A program made the translations under genes and the position numbers. A stretch of 62,900 bases of DNA, filler included, from Choristocarpus tenellus KU-1152 (Eukaryota > Protista > Phaeophyceae): NCBI GenBank assembly GCA_964200185.2. It is 9 parts of 9 records of this genome, joined end to end, with 100 filler letters (N's around TTAATTAATTAA, not from the genome) between each part and the next. Parts side by side here need not be neighbours in the genome. Positions count along the whole stretch, not along the records: positions 36,389 to 47,289 come from CAXNAD020002639.1; positions 47,390 to 51,984 come from CAXNAD020013863.1; 7 more parts are not named here. One strand, written 5' to 3'. The notes beneath the pieces are model-generated. The model was not told the origin of the DNA. It saw only the letters and a program-made list of their open reading frames with translations, and did no database searches. Positions 38,578 to 52,084 of this stretch are shown here, one piece after another. How positions within the stretch are numbered: the first letter of the stretch is position 1; every line of letters begins with the position of its first letter.

Positions 38578-38835
38578 GAGCCAAATCATCTCAGAGGGTA
38601 GGGCCTCATCCATTTAACGCCCAAAACCCAATGCTACAATTTGGATGTGATTTTGGCTATTATGTTTGTTAGGAAGTGTCAATATCCTTGTTCCAGACGC
38701 ACCTTTTCATAACATACACATTTTACCTACTCCGAAACATTTTGGAGTAGGATAATGGCATTAAAAAAACATGGGAAGCCAAGCCCCAAACGGACGAACA
38801 GGTCAAAACTCATACCCTCTAAGATACTTTCACTC
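38578..38835. mobile_element. MITE family A copy 7
   Basis: GAGCCAAATCATCTCAGAGGGTA..TACCCTCTAAGATACTTTCACTC; TSD ATCC/ATCC. Confidence 0.9.
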
Positions 38836-41800
38836 ATCCCCCTCTAAGACTATAACCTTTGAGACAAATTGGAGCTTCTAGGAGTTCAATGTATCAATGG
38901 CAATTCCAGTGAGGTCCCTGCGACCAATAGTGGTTAATCTCAGTCTGTGTAGAAAGGAATTCAAGTACTGGGCAGGCGGAGTCATGGCATCCCTACGCGT
39001 ATATGCCCTCATACAGCCAAGAAAATTGGAATCCGTCTGCTCTAGATCCAAGTCTGTTGTCTAATCCATAGTTGTTTAATATTGCCCAGGCCCCACATCT
39101 GTATTAACCAGTCAACTGTGCACAGAGCTCACAAGTGCATAGCCAATACATTGTTGTGCTATGTCCTTCATCATGCTCCTAAACCACCCGTCCAACCATG
39201 ATTTATGCTGTTAGGTAGTGATCTGTGGATAGACCTCGCCAGTTCAGACCCAGTTCTGTCCTCCCTTGATGCTGCTGTGTTTTTGAACCTCCTCTCGGCA
39301 AATAGTGCAGTCAACTAATATGGTGAAACTACTGCACTTTGTGTATCGCCCAATCAACACCAAAATAAATCTGTGCGTCATCATGAAGAACGGGATATTT
39401 ACGCACTTTTCATTTCCAGGATTGTATCAATACAAAAATTGTCAGCGGGCATAATAAACATACTTTGCACATAGAGTTCCATTAAAAAAATAGTGCTGTA
39501 TTATCATTATCATCATGTGTCAGGAGGGGCGGTGTGTGTGCAGTGTATTTGGGAAGTACACAATGCTAAGATTCTCCCTCATAGAGCCAAACCAACGGAG
39601 AGGTAGGCAGGGTTGTAATTTAAGGATCCGGAGAAAGGGCAACAAGATTCCATTTTGTACAATTGCAAAAAGAACTTTGCTAAGGTTTGGTGGCACTTTG
39701 TGCATGGAAAGGGGAAACACCATTTTTTTCGTACACTATTTTGCACATAAACCAACGAAATCGACTGCATTGCACGGGGTTAGGATGATTTAGAATGCAA
39801 GAGGGTCCAAACCTGCCTACCCCTCGATTGTTTTGGCTCATACCGCTGTCAACTCTCTGGACTACTATGCACTCAAATGTCGCCACTCACAACACACGAA
39901 CAAAGTTGTTCCACATTGAGTGCTATTGGCGCCCTTCAAACAGATATGCCTTACCCACCACCACAACCTCGGCTAGTACTACTGTCTAGTATCACAATCT
40001 GATACTGCTGGTTATGCATCAATCCTTGATCGCGAGCACTCCTCCTCTGACCTACAGCATACTCAAGGAATTACTCTAGCTCCGTCCCCACTCTGAAATC
40101 CTTGATTTCATGATAGTGAGGAAGCGATATTTCCATGTGTGCCTCAAGATATCCAACGGCAATTCAATTGGAGTTCTTGGTTGCATGCAATTCATGCATG
40201 AAAACCCAACTCACATTCTACAGAGGAATGAGGTATGACTGCACAGATTGTTGCCAACTTAAAAATGTTGGGGTGAGTCGAAGTAAGCGAGAGGTAACTA
40301 GATTTGGACCGTTTTGCATTTTAAGTCACTTGAAAATATTTTTTTCAAATTCACCCTTCTTTGTAAGGATGAAATACTAGTATTGACTTGAGAGCGTTGA
40401 TTTCTCTATCGTGTGGAGATTTCCACAGAATTCGTAAAATTCCCCATGCGCATTTTCCCAAAAACCTTAAATTTGCACCTAATTGTCAGCGTCCTTGGAA
40501 TGCAACCCTGATATACCTCTCGTTTAATTTGACTCGGCAGTTTGCCTCGCACTCGCCCTCTATTGCACCAAATTTCGAAGTGCAAAGTCATGAAGTTGCT
40601 CTGCTGAAGTGATCCTCCTTTCATGCCTCTTGGTGCACCCTCCAGGTCGGGGTTAGGTAACTTCAAAATAGTCTTCAAACTTTGGACAATGCTGGATCTC
40701 GTACATGAGGTACTACACACTATCATACTCTTGTCTAAGACATTGCCATCCACAACGGGGGGGCGATATCTCATTCTGATACTGTAGTAATGCGTAAGCT
40801 CATTATTCTTGTCATTGCCGTACACCAAAATCCTTTGGTATCATTTTATTTTTTGGAGACTCTGTAGCTCTACAACGTTGAACATGTCCAGAATGGCAAC
40901 GTGGCAGAAACACATCAACTCTTTCAGCACAGTCTTAACCACATTACTTACAGCTGCAGTCACAACTCTGAACTCGTGAAGTGATATTGAAACATTCATA
41001 GGCTTGGACATCAAGGAAAAGGTCTGCTCGAATGTGTTACCCTTCCCTTTCCTCTCAAAGTGTCGAGAAGCTTGCTGAAATTGTACCCTTGCAAGTAATT
41101 GATATAGAGGGTGGGTATAGTATGCTAGGATCAGGCAGTGTTCAGTATGGTATCATGGTTAAGCAGAAGGCAATCAGGAAATAGGGGTCATTCCAACAAG
41201 CATGCATACCATCACTCCAACAATCTTTTATTGGAATGTTGGATGGAGACCTCGACAAATGCTTGTTTTGTGTTATAAACACAAAGCAAAACCTGGAGAT
41301 CACTATTTCAAGGTGTTAAGAACGAAATATCTCCCAAATATCTTGAATTTCTCGTTTAATTTTATCTATTTATTCAGTAAGCAAAGTAAAACGAGTGTCG
41401 TATGATAGTTGGGACAGCCGATGAAATTAAATATATTGGGACAGCCGATGAAAAGTGATCATCTTGGTGCACAACTGAAGGTACTCACCGCGGGCACATC
41501 CACATATTAATAAACTGGGCCATGAATTTTCATCCTCTACGCAATGATACAGTATGTGAACAGTCTGTACTAGAAAAATCTGTTGAGCCTATCAGGTATC
41601 TGCATTAGATCATCCACAAACCATACCAAGACTCTGGAACTTGACAAGCACCAGGTAGATCATTAAAGAGTTCACCCTGACCTTGACCCCCTTCTTAGTC
41701 CTCCTACCTCCCCCCTCGGTCTCATCTCAACCCTCTCTATGCCTGCGTGCTTGCAATATGCTTACCCTTGCGGCCATCTAGACATCATATTTGGAGTTAA

Positions 41801-42695
41801 AATAGCGAATATAGAAATCTTCCACTCAACACACTTGATCTCTGCATGCACGTTCTGAAGTTGTTGGAGCAATGTGTGGCGATCCTGTTCAGGAAATGAA
41901 GGAACCACTATATTGGAACACAGTTAAATCAGGATTTTGAGGGCATTACCAGTGAACGAATGGGGATTTTCGCGAGGCGAACTGAACAGGACCCCAAACT
42001 AGGAACGAAGGAAAATATGCAATCGCTGTTCCTATGGATGATAAAATTATCCAATGCTTGAGATACATATCTGCCCTATACTATGCCCAAAGCAATTGTA
42101 TATGAAACAAGAAGAGGTAGCGAAATGCTCTGCAGCACAAAAAAAAAACGTAGATATTCCACAAATTACCCCCTTGTTCCACCATGCAACATACAACAGC
42201 ACATACCTTCCAGATTCATCCATCAATCAGGAATAGGCCCTGTCCCCCCTGGATAATACCTCCTTCGGCACCATGGGGACGAAATGTCTGTAGTTCTCCC
42301 GGTCGATATTGCTAGGATTCACACAGTCACTGGCGGCCCTTATGAAGAAGGGGCAAAACAAGACGGCCAACTCCATCACTAGAACCCACCACTAAGCCTC
42401 ACCGACCTCAGGTTTCAATGTTTGCAAGGCATTACTCTCTCGGTTGTCACGTAGAATGACTGGATAGAACTTTTTACCGGCAGTCGAAGAGTTGTGTAGG
42501 TCAACCCAGATCCCACGGCTATAATGCCGAGACAGAATCCCCCCAAAAGTTCCCTCCTTCGACTCCTTCAATTTATTAGTGTTGGTGTTGGGCTATTCTC
42601 TAGAGTGTTGAATACATAGGATTTCGCTACTACCAGTTGGTACCATGTTTTCTATGGACCAGGGATACGGACCAGGAAAAGTGTCGTACGATAGT

Positions 42696-42942
42696 GACCC
42701 AAAGTATCTGGGGGGGGGGGGGGGGGGGGGGAATCAACAGGAAGTGATTTGCGAACAAAAAGGAAGGGGCGGTGGTGGGGGGTGGGGGGGGGATCTACAC
42801 CAGAGTGTCCATTTGGACCAAACCAGGAAAAGTGCACTTTCATTATCCATCAAACGTAAGGAATCAAATCACCCAATTATCGAGACATGAAAAAATTGCC
42901 CCCAAATGGACAGCCGCCACCCCCTCCCAGATACTTTGAGCC
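42696..42942. mobile_element. MITE family B, full-length copy (247 bp, poly-G tracts)
   Basis: TIRs GACCCAAAGTATCTGGG / CCCAGATACTTTGAGCC; flanks share AGT. Confidence 0.85.
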
Positions 42943-43240
42943 AGTTGATACGACTAAAAGGCCATCTCCTATACTCACGTTTTCACCCCAGTTTCGTTTG
43001 GTTTATCCCTTTTTGGGGTATTTCGAAACGGAAAATCGCGACAAATGACAGTTACACACGGCAGTTTTGAGTCATTTCTGAAAGAGTCAAAACTGAACGG
43101 AGGGTGGATGAGACCATTCTTGACAAATTTTCATGGCAAATCTGAACGAAATTCTTGGTGTTTCGATTTGTCCTTTGTTGTTGTTCGTAGCAATGTACTT
43201 GGGGCTGCAAAGTTAATACCTATACCACGTCTGGTTCAAG

Positions 43241-44318
43241 ATGGAAAAAATGGATGAAGAGAGCGAGAGAGACCGAATGTCATCGTCCTCAGGTTCATCA
43301 TCCTCAAGTTCATCGTCTTCCAGATCGTCGTCTTCTAGTTCATCGCCTTTTGATGAATCTAGGATAAATGCAACTGGGATATTACTCATCTCCGCTTTGA
43401 TGGTCAAGGAGGATGAGCAGGAAGAGCGTCCATCATTTCGCGGGTTTTCCATCCCCCAAGACCAGCCCGTTTACATGGCGAGCTCGTGAGGGGTTATGCT
43501 GGGGAGAGAGGAAGATCTGAGAGACGTCATTTCGCTGGAGGCGCTGAAGTTCAGGAGGCGGTTCCGAGTCCCATTTGTTTTCTTTGAAGATTTAGTAAAG
43601 GAGGTACAAAGGCAGGGGTGGCTTGGTTGTCGAACCGCAGATGCCACCGGAAGCCCTGGCATACGCTTGAAGCTGAACGTGAGCATACCCGCCAGTAGAG
43701 TTTGTGTGTGAAAGGGCTACCTCGATAGGGCTCGTAGATTCAACCATCCTTTGGTCTGACAGTACTGGATATGACTTGCCGCCTGCAGATGCTATCGATC
43801 CTCCAAATCCTCGCCAGGGGAAACTGCTTTTGTGTTATTGAGCAACTTTCCGCTATATCTGAGAGCACAGGACAAACCACGTTTCACTGCTTCAGTGAGT
43901 GTTTTGCGCGTGATATGTACTCTAAGTGGATTTATCTACCAGAGGGCGAAGATTTGGGCGAGGTCATGCGCACGTATGGAGCTGTGGGGTTTCCTGGTGC
44001 TGTGGGTTCCACTGATATGACACATGTGCGGTCGGAGAGGGCGCCCAATAGTAATTCCCCATATTACATCGGTAAGGAGGGTTATGCGACGGTCGCCTAT
44101 GAAGTGACCGTTGACCAATTGGATTTGCACGGGGAGTGACGCCTGGGTTTCCTGCGGCCAAAAACGATAAGACAATCATTCGATATGATGGTGGTGCTAC
44201 CCAGAAACTTAAGAATGACCCCACATACAGACAGCTGGACTACAACGTCAAGGACTCCGTCAGGAACTGTTACACCGAGAAAGGGGCCTATGTCCTTGTC
44301 GATGGGGGCTATCACAAG
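43241..44318 (+). pseudogene. PIF/Harbinger transposase (HARBI1-like/DDE_Tnp_4), intron-containing, decayed and interrupted by the copia element
   Basis: KFRRRFRVPFVFFEDLV, intron 43679-43788, LSILQILARG, VGFPGAVGSTDMTHV (first Asp), YIGKEGYATVAYEVTVD, GFPAAKNDKTII, GAYVLVDGGYHK (second Asp). In-frame TGA at 43487-89 and a frameshift near 44120-44140. Confidence 0.85.
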
Positions 44319-44353
44319 GTGACAGGAGAAACGTGACTGTATAGCCATACCGA

Positions 44354-44607
44354 TGTTGAGAAGCTTGGCGCACATAAGGCTCGTCGCCGGAAGCTAGCAG
44401 TTGAATTACATGGTAAAGCACAAACTGAATTATTAATTGCCCGTCAACCATCCATAATCACTGACGTGTGAATTAATGTTGACTTACTATATTTTATATA
44501 CGTACGTACTCTGTATCATACCTAACCAAATATAAACGTACGTATAACCTATGTTGTATAATTGTGTCAGCACAAACAACGTAAGGATAACACTAGGTTA
44601 TTCGACA
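44354..44607 (-). repeat. Putative 3' LTR of the copia element (~254 bp)
   Basis: On minus, polypurine tract AAGGGGAGGA is followed immediately by TGTCGAA.. and ends ..TCAACA (TG..CA with short inverted termini). The second LTR is not in view. Confidence 0.65.
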
Positions 44608-46590
44608 TCCTCCCCTTGCTGAAAACAAGTATTAACTCTCAAACAATCATAAAACAAAAAAAATATATAGACTTCACAAATGTTGTGTCACATTTTCATC
44701 AAAAACTTTCTATGTTGTCTAAAACTCGAACTGGCAAATTCTTGGTCAAGACATCTGCCCTCTGGTTTGCAGTGCCAACAAAAACAACACGAATCTCTCC
44801 TTTCTAGACAAATACCTCAAAAAATGATGTCGGACATCAATGTGCTTTGTTCTAGTAGAGCTTGTGGCATTTTGTACTAGTTTGCATGCCCCATCGTTAT
44901 CCTCAAACAAATCAATGCAACGCCTAGGCAACTGCGGCTGATTAAACTCGAAAACACTTCTCAAGAAAAGTAATTCCTGTGCCACACTACTAAGTGCTAT
45001 GTATTCACTCTCTGTGGAAGACAGAGCTACAACTCTTTGCACCTTTGACATCCAAGATATTGCTCCTCCTGTAAAGATAATTGCTCCTCCAGTCACTGAC
45101 CTACGATCATTCCAGTCTCCAGCATAGCTAGCATCAGCATACGCACTCAACTCACACTCAGTACTAAAACCACCAAAACTCAGTCCAACACTGGGACACG
45201 TATTCAAATATGCTAAAATGCATTTCACTGCACGCCAATGTGTGACTTTGGGATTGCTACTGTACTTGGCAACTTCACGAACTGCATTTGCAATTTCAGG
45301 CCTTGTCACCACAGCTGCCCACATCAGACTACCAACTGCTTCTCTGTACGGTGTTATTTCATCAACACATGGATGATTCTCACTCTTGTCTAGAGCCCTT
45401 GAGAGATCATGGGGTACCGACCTCTTCTTTGCCCCATCCATACCAAATCTTTGACACTCTTAATGCACCTAGTCTTACTGATGGTAACAGTCTTTGCATT
45501 TCTGTCACGAGAAAACTCACTACCCATATAATACTCAATATCACCAAAATCTTCTATGGAAAACTGCTCTTTAATCCTAAAGCGAACCCAAAACATTCAT
45601 ATTACCAGCTACCAAAAGATCATCTAGGTGGGGGGCTATCACAGCGCAAACAACACCATCTCTTACATAGCGTAACACACAAGGGTCTGCTCTACATTGC
45701 TCAAAACCACACTTTTCCAAAACGTGCACCAACAGATTATTGAATTCTCTGCTTGCCTGTTTGGTGCCATAAAGTGCCTTGATCAAACGTACAATATTTC
45801 CAGACCATATGCCACATCCATCACATAAACGAACAAAAATATCTTGTTTTATGTTTGCTTGTACAAATGCCTGTTTCACATCCCAATGTTGCAATTCCCA
45901 ATCCCTGTCTGCTGCCAAAGCGAATATCAACTTCAAGGATGCAGAGGACGGTGTTGGTGCAAAGATGTCTTGGTAATCTAAACCCTCAATCTGTCGAAAA
46001 CCTTTTGCTACCAATCGTGCCTTGTATCTAACTACCTCACCAAATTTGTTAATCTTACGCTTGTGAATCCATTTCGTGTCTATAGCTCTGCGTCCAGGGG
46101 GTAGTACAGCTTCTACCCAAACATTATTCAACAATAAACCAGACATTTCTTCAGCTCTAGCTTGATCCCATAAATCACATTCGGGAGAGCTACGTGCTGC
46201 TCTTACAGTCTTGGGTTCTGGAGGGAACTTATTCGCTAACACTTTGATAGAATCATCACTCGCACACATCACAAGGGTAGTCTATTGAAACAGACAAACA
46301 AGTCATAAAAAAATTGACATATTAAGAACAGCAGCTTTTGTTGCGGAAGTATTGCCTGATCTGATGCGGTGGGGTAGGATGTTGTCTTCACCATTTCCAA
46401 TGCTGAGTCGTCGTAGTTCCCTTTCACATTGACTGTCCTGGGTTTCATCCATCCCATCATCATCAACATCATTGTCGTCATCATAAATGCTTTCCACAAT
46501 CTCCTCCACAAGTTCACCATCATTTATGTCATCATAGATTTAGTCCACCTTCAATCCAGGTGATCCCATTATCATCACATTCACCCCCCA

Positions 46591-46848
46591 GAGTCAAAGT
46601 ATCTTAGAGGGTAGAGCCGCGTTTATTTGGGGTCAAAATCCAATGCTGCAATTTTGATGTCATTTTGGCTATAATGTTTGTAGGAAATGTAGATATCCTA
46701 GTTCCGAACAATCCTTTGCACAACATACACATTTCACCTACTCGAAACATATTTCGGATTAGGTAAAATGTCAAAAATAAAAGGTGGGAAGACAAGTCCC
46801 TAATGGACAAACAGGGCAAAACTCGTACCCTCTAAGATACTTTCGCTC
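46591..46848. mobile_element. MITE family A copy 8, inserted in the copia pol region
   Basis: GAGTCAAAGTATCTTAGAGGGTA..TACCCTCTAAGATACTTTCGCTC; TSD CCCA/CCCA; splits the acidic IN-RT linker. Confidence 0.92.
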
Positions 46849-47389
46849 CCCATCTCCTGGATTTCTCCAGTCTATTTTCTTGCACATGTGGAGGGAGGAT
46901 GTATCTAGGAGTGTCATCCAAATCGTCAATAGCCCTTCGTCGTGCATGGGGAGGAAGGATGTATCCAGGAGTGTCATCCAAGTCTTCATTATCTCGGTCT
47001 AAATCAGAGTTTGGAAAACGAACTTTGCCATCCTTGGTGGGGTGCCAATGTATGTTGGCTCGTTGAATGACGCGATTCGTAGTGAAGTCCAGGACGCGGA
47101 AAGTGCCACGGGGTTGATTTTCAGATATACCAACCATGATGCATTGTTGTCCACGACTCCCGAGCTTATGTCCAGGATGAGACTTGTAGTATCCAGGGGT
47201 ACCAAAAGCTGGGATGTTCATGAGAGATCCAATTTCCCCATACAAGGCTCTATAAGAGGAAATCCCCTTATTTGCAGCAGTTGCACTTCNNNNNNNNNNN
47301 NNNNNNNNNNNNNNNNNNNNNNNNNNNNNNNNNTTAATTAATTAANNNNNNNNNNNNNNNNNNNNNNNNNNNNNNNNNNNNNNNNNNNN

Positions 47390-47439
47390 CCAAATGGACA
47401 AACAAGGCAAAACTCGTACCCTCTAAGATACTTTCACTC
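47390..47439. mobile_element. MITE family A copy 9, end fragment at contig start
   Basis: caaatggacaaacaaggcaaaactcgtaccctctaagatactttcactc. Confidence 0.85.
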
Positions 47440-48717
47440 AACTGCGGTAGAGTATTGCGCACACCTGTTTTGGTTAGTTGTTGCATCTGGTCTCTTTTTA
47501 TTGGTGAGTCCGTGAGGGTTAGGACTATCTTGTATGTTTTTATTTTCTATGTTTGTATCACCTATGTATGTTTGTATACAATTTGAACTTTGTGCATAAC
47601 AAGCAACACATGTACCCTATCGTTTTCTAAGTTTATGAGGTACCCAGAATTAGAATCACATTGAAGGTATACTTGCTATATGATGGTTGATTCTTTTTTG
47701 GACAGAGGTATGTAGTCATGGACTTCTCCATCCTCATCCCCAATCTCCAAATGTTGAACAAAACTCTTGCAGGGATCTTTATGGTATGTCTAATCAAGGT
47801 AGATTTGGGCTAGAGTTGAGTTTATTGCTTGGCAGGAAGGGATGGTGGGATAAATGCATTCTTGTGGCATTTGGTGAAACAATGGTGTTGATGTTGGACC
47901 ATAGTTTTCCACGGTTGATCTTCCCCCCTACTGTGATCTTATTTTAGACCTGAATACTGCACTGTACCAAAGAATAGCTGATCACCACAGTATGGTACTA
48001 GTGCTGCACTGTACAGTAGAAAATTAGTGGTACCATGTAGAACCCTGACATTTTCGAGACATAGGCATTTGTGCAGGCACCTGATGCCCAGTCAGGCACA
48101 CATGAGGCATACTCTATTGTAGCTGGCCACAGAGTTTATAGTAGTACAGAATAGGGCTGTTGTTTGTATTGTGTTGTACACGAAGTATCAACCATAATTG
48201 TGCCCAAGTGATCTGTATCTTGGTCAAGTGCCACAAGCCTCATGTCTTACCTGAACGAGAGGATGTTGCAACAGAATGTGATAGTAATACTATTGGCCTG
48301 CCCTAACTCCAAGCCCCAATGATTCATTTACCTTTTCCCATATTGAGGTATAGGAATATAAGTATTTTCAGACCGGACAGCCCGTTGGTGAATGTTCCAC
48401 AGAGAGGCATGCCTTATTCTGATGCTTAATGCTACCACCAGTCACGCCAACCTGCTAATTTATAGAAGTAGATGGAGTGGTGCATTGATTTGGTGATTTC
48501 CTCAAATCTATGCTTGGTTGGAGTTGTGTTACTAGCTCCCTTGCAAGTACACTTTCAACACCCTTTGAGTTAGGTGATAGGTGTTTTATTTTCGTGATGG
48601 CATCATTCGAATGTAGCACTGTTGTCCTACGCTGTTGTCACAGCACACTTTACTGCAAGTTAGTTCCGTGTAGTGGACTGTTATTCAACTTCTCATTTGC
48701 AACTTCCCCCTCTCCAG

Positions 48718-50401
48718 GAATCTATGGTTAAGCCCAAGACCTTCATGAACTCGTTGAACATTTCACTAGTATTGATTTGGGAAATATATGCCCTTACTGG
48801 GGGGCTTGCAGCTATCATCTATCAGCAGGGTGGGCCTCTCAGTGCCAACATCATGGAAGATATATCTTCCGATGATTTGGCCGGCATTCTAATCAGGTGA
48901 GCACCCTCCTGCTAGTGTGGATCTACCCCAGGTCATATGTTTGATATGTTGAGGTGGTCATGACGTGTCCAACTTTTTGTTGCCAAACCTGCTGTGAAAC
49001 CTCCGTGTGATGCATGTTGCAGTATAAATAATGCGCTAGCAGAATTTTATTTGTTCTCAATTGGATAGATGTAAGTCACAAGAAGTACAAGTCTAGAGGT
49101 AAGAGGCCTCAGATCAGCTAGTGATGCTGAGTGAAAGTATCTTATTAAGAGAGGGTACAAGTTTTGCCCTGTTTGTGCGTTTGAGGCTTACGTTTTTTTT
49201 TTTTAATGACATTTTACCTACTCTGAAATGTTTCGGAGTAGGTAAAATGTATATGTTATGAAAAGGTGTGTCCAGAACAAGGATGTTGACACTTCCTAAC
49301 AAACACGATAGCCAAAATTTCTTCAAAGTCGTCACATTTGACTTTGGCGCCCAGATGGACGCAGTTCTACCCTCTAAGATACTTTGACTCTGCTTTCGTA
49401 TATCATGACATGTTCTTCAAGCTCGCACGAATTACCTGGGTCACTCAGTAGTCCAAACCTTAAGGCCTTCCCTCATTAAGAATAATGATGAAGCAATTAA
49501 TGCATTAACCGAACTGATCTATCTCAGGAAAAATAATAAACTTACTGGTCAGACGAGTTGGAATGAACTAATAACGGATTTCAAAAATAACAACTTCTAT
49601 GCTCGACGAAGAATTCTATCTTTTAGATTAAAATAGGGAATTTGAAGATAGCTCACCTTTGTAGAAGCAAATTTTGAAAAATGTTGAAAGTGTGAGCAGT
49701 ATTATATGAAGGATATAATTTGATGCATACACTGAGTGTGAATTTCTTGAATGTCAAAATCAGTTTGGATCACAGCTTTATCTGCTTGTTATTTTGGTCA
49801 TATGTTGAAATTGAACATGGCCTGCAATACACTACTGCATTCTTCGAAAATTCATGAGCATACACATTTCATCATGCGAGACCCCCCAGAGTGGATTTTG
49901 ATTCCGTATGGCATGCTGATGACGCCCTTGATCCCCTTGAAAAATAGGATATTCATGTGTATGGCGACACTTTTCACCTACCCACTCGTCATGCAACCGG
50001 TGATTTCAATTGTGGAGGCTGGCGTTGCTTCCTTTTTGGGACTAGATTCCACCAGTAGCACCGTGGCTGGATACGGGGCTCTCATTGAATCTGGTGGTGG
50101 GGAGACACCTGCAACTGCAGGGAAACTTAGCTTTGTCCAAAGTATGGTGGTCCGAGGATTCCTGGTTATCCTCACTGGCTTTTTTGCTACATCAGTTCCG
50201 ATGTTTGGTGTCGTTGTGTCCCTCCTTGGCTCATTCTCCATCTCACTTGGGAGTTTTGTTCTTCCTCCCCTTTTCCACTTTCTATGTTTCGGGGGGCAGC
50301 TTGGATATTGGGCCACCACATATGATCTACTCCTCTTCACTGTGGGAACTCTCACCTGTGTGATCACCACTACCATCACTGCTCTTTCTCTTGTCCAGTA
50401 G
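48718..50401 (+). CDS. Amino-acid transporter (Aa_trans / SLC36-SLC38-like), last two exons; 5' part beyond the gap
   Basis: Exons 48718-48896 (ESMVKPKTF..LAGILIR) and 49948-50401 join in phase 2. Multiple TM helices with LFTYPLVMQPV, VRGFLVILTGFFATSVPMFGVVVSLLGSF..FVLPPLFH; TAG at 50399-50401. Confidence 0.85.
49129..49390. mobile_element. MITE family A copy 10 (transporter intron)
   Basis: GAGTGAAAGTATCTTA..TACCCTCTAAGATACTTTGACTC; TSD TGCT/TGCT. Confidence 0.92.
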
Positions 50402-52084
50402 TCTTGTCTCTAACTCCCAAAGAGCATCATGTGGTCTAAGCAGTGCTTGATTTTGAGACCTTCTCTGGATGCTCACTGTGGTTGTTGATTGTAAATTCGC
50501 AGGCTCTGAGGTTGTGTCACTGCTATGCTGTATCCTATGATTGTTCATATTGGTTCATACTGGGAGGAGCTCATGCTCCTTTCCTTCCTGATATCAGGCT
50601 AAGAGGTGGAGGCTGTGGGGTGTATAACAGTGATGCTGTGTTTTTTCAAATCCTGTTTTTTTAGGAAGGCGTTTTTGCATAGATAGATATCCATCAAGCT
50701 CAAAGTGCTCTTCTATGAAGAGAGCTCCACTTTTTGTGGCATTTGATTGAGCTGAGAAAGCTTCCATTTTATTCTGTGGAGTGCTTGATTGCTGTCATGT
50801 ATGCAGCATTTGTTACAATATGGTATAAATACGTATGAAATCAGAATATACCAAACGTGCTGACTTTTTGCTGGGCGTAGTTTAAAGTCCATGCCTTCAT
50901 GATATGGGTTGAATCGATATGCTTCTTGATGTTCTATTGTGGTTCTTGATATTGTTTGGTATATAATTATGCATTAGTTTGAGGAACATTGTTTTGTCCA
51001 GTAGGCACTGGTCTGAGATGTTTTAACCACAGTCCAATGTTTGGAGAGGTGTGTGCATATGTTCTGTGTTTGGGATTGTGAGCAAGGAGGGCAAGATTGC
51101 AACAAGAAATCTTGCCGTAAGAATTACCGATATTTGGACTGAATGAGATGGTGTGTTTTTGTGTGTATTTCAGGAAGATATGCTGGGAGAGCCATACACA
51201 TGGCTGGTTTTCCAAAGCACTTCAATAATATATTTCCCTTTTAATTAAATTGATGTGCTTACACCAAAAGGAAAGATTTGGCATTGATTGATATTCTGTA
51301 TCTTTATAGCAGACGAAGCCAGATACTGAATTTAACATAATACCACAACAGACTCACCGCCACCAGTCCGACTATAGTCTCACCAACTAAGACTAAGATG
51401 TTTATTACGTGAGATCACTGTATGTACTGTGTAATGGATTTTGCTCTTACACACACACATGTGAATACGTGCAGACGCGTGAGGAGCAGGCATTTTCTGC
51501 GCTCGTGTTCTAAATGCGCCCACTTGGATCCAGTAGATCCGAAAATAATCAAAAACAGAGGATTCCTCTCTTTGGGAGGCGTTTAAATGTATGGTATGTC
51601 AAATTTGGTCTTACCTTACGTGACCTTTCTTACATCTTACATACATGGATATGTACCATGTAGTATTTTAACATCTTAGCTCATCAAGATGGAGCAATCC
51701 CTAAGATCTGCTCATTTTTACAAAATAACTAATCTGGATGCTCGTCTTCATTCATAAATCTTATGGAGAAAGTACATGGGTGCACCGTCCAAAGATATTA
51801 CACAATAGATATTTCTTGCACATGCACTTACTTCACATCCCAATAACCTGATGTTAAACGGGGCGTTCCAAAGGAGGTTCCTGGACACCATGCCTTCAAG
51901 TTCCGTCTGGTGACTTGTGGGGGGGTATGCTATAGACCACGTATGAAGTGTGTTACGCATGGAAGATCTCTGTCACACGACATGNNNNNNNNNNNNNNNN
52001 NNNNNNNNNNNNNNNNNNNNNNNNNNNNTTAATTAATTAANNNNNNNNNNNNNNNNNNNNNNNNNNNNNNNNNNNNNNNNNNNN

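Larger units (their letters stand above)
44354..47289 (-). mobile_element. Ty1/copia LTR retrotransposon, 3' portion (integrase C-terminus, RT, RNase H, PPT, 3' LTR), frameshifted; 5' part lost in gap
   Basis: PAFGTPGY..KLGSRGQQCIMVG (post-integrase); RYKARLVAKGFRQIEGLDYQDIFAP, QHWDVKQAFVQA, KALYGTKQASREF, HLDDLL (RT); PYREAVGSLMW, ADASYAGDWNDRRSVTG, SSTESEY, EDN, RTKHIDVRHHF (RNase H). Confidence 0.95.

Noticed and set aside
41409-41453. 18-bp direct repeat ttgggacagccgatgaaa x2
   Set aside because: Simple local duplication with no further structure.
29645-47289. The dynein gene being disrupted by the downstream TE cluster
   Set aside because: A spacer at 29545-29644 separates them; the rest of the gene is probably on another contig.
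698-49390. MITE family A as introner-like (intron-generating) elements
   Set aside because: Copies lie inside larger introns or between genes, and their ends do not coincide with splice sites.
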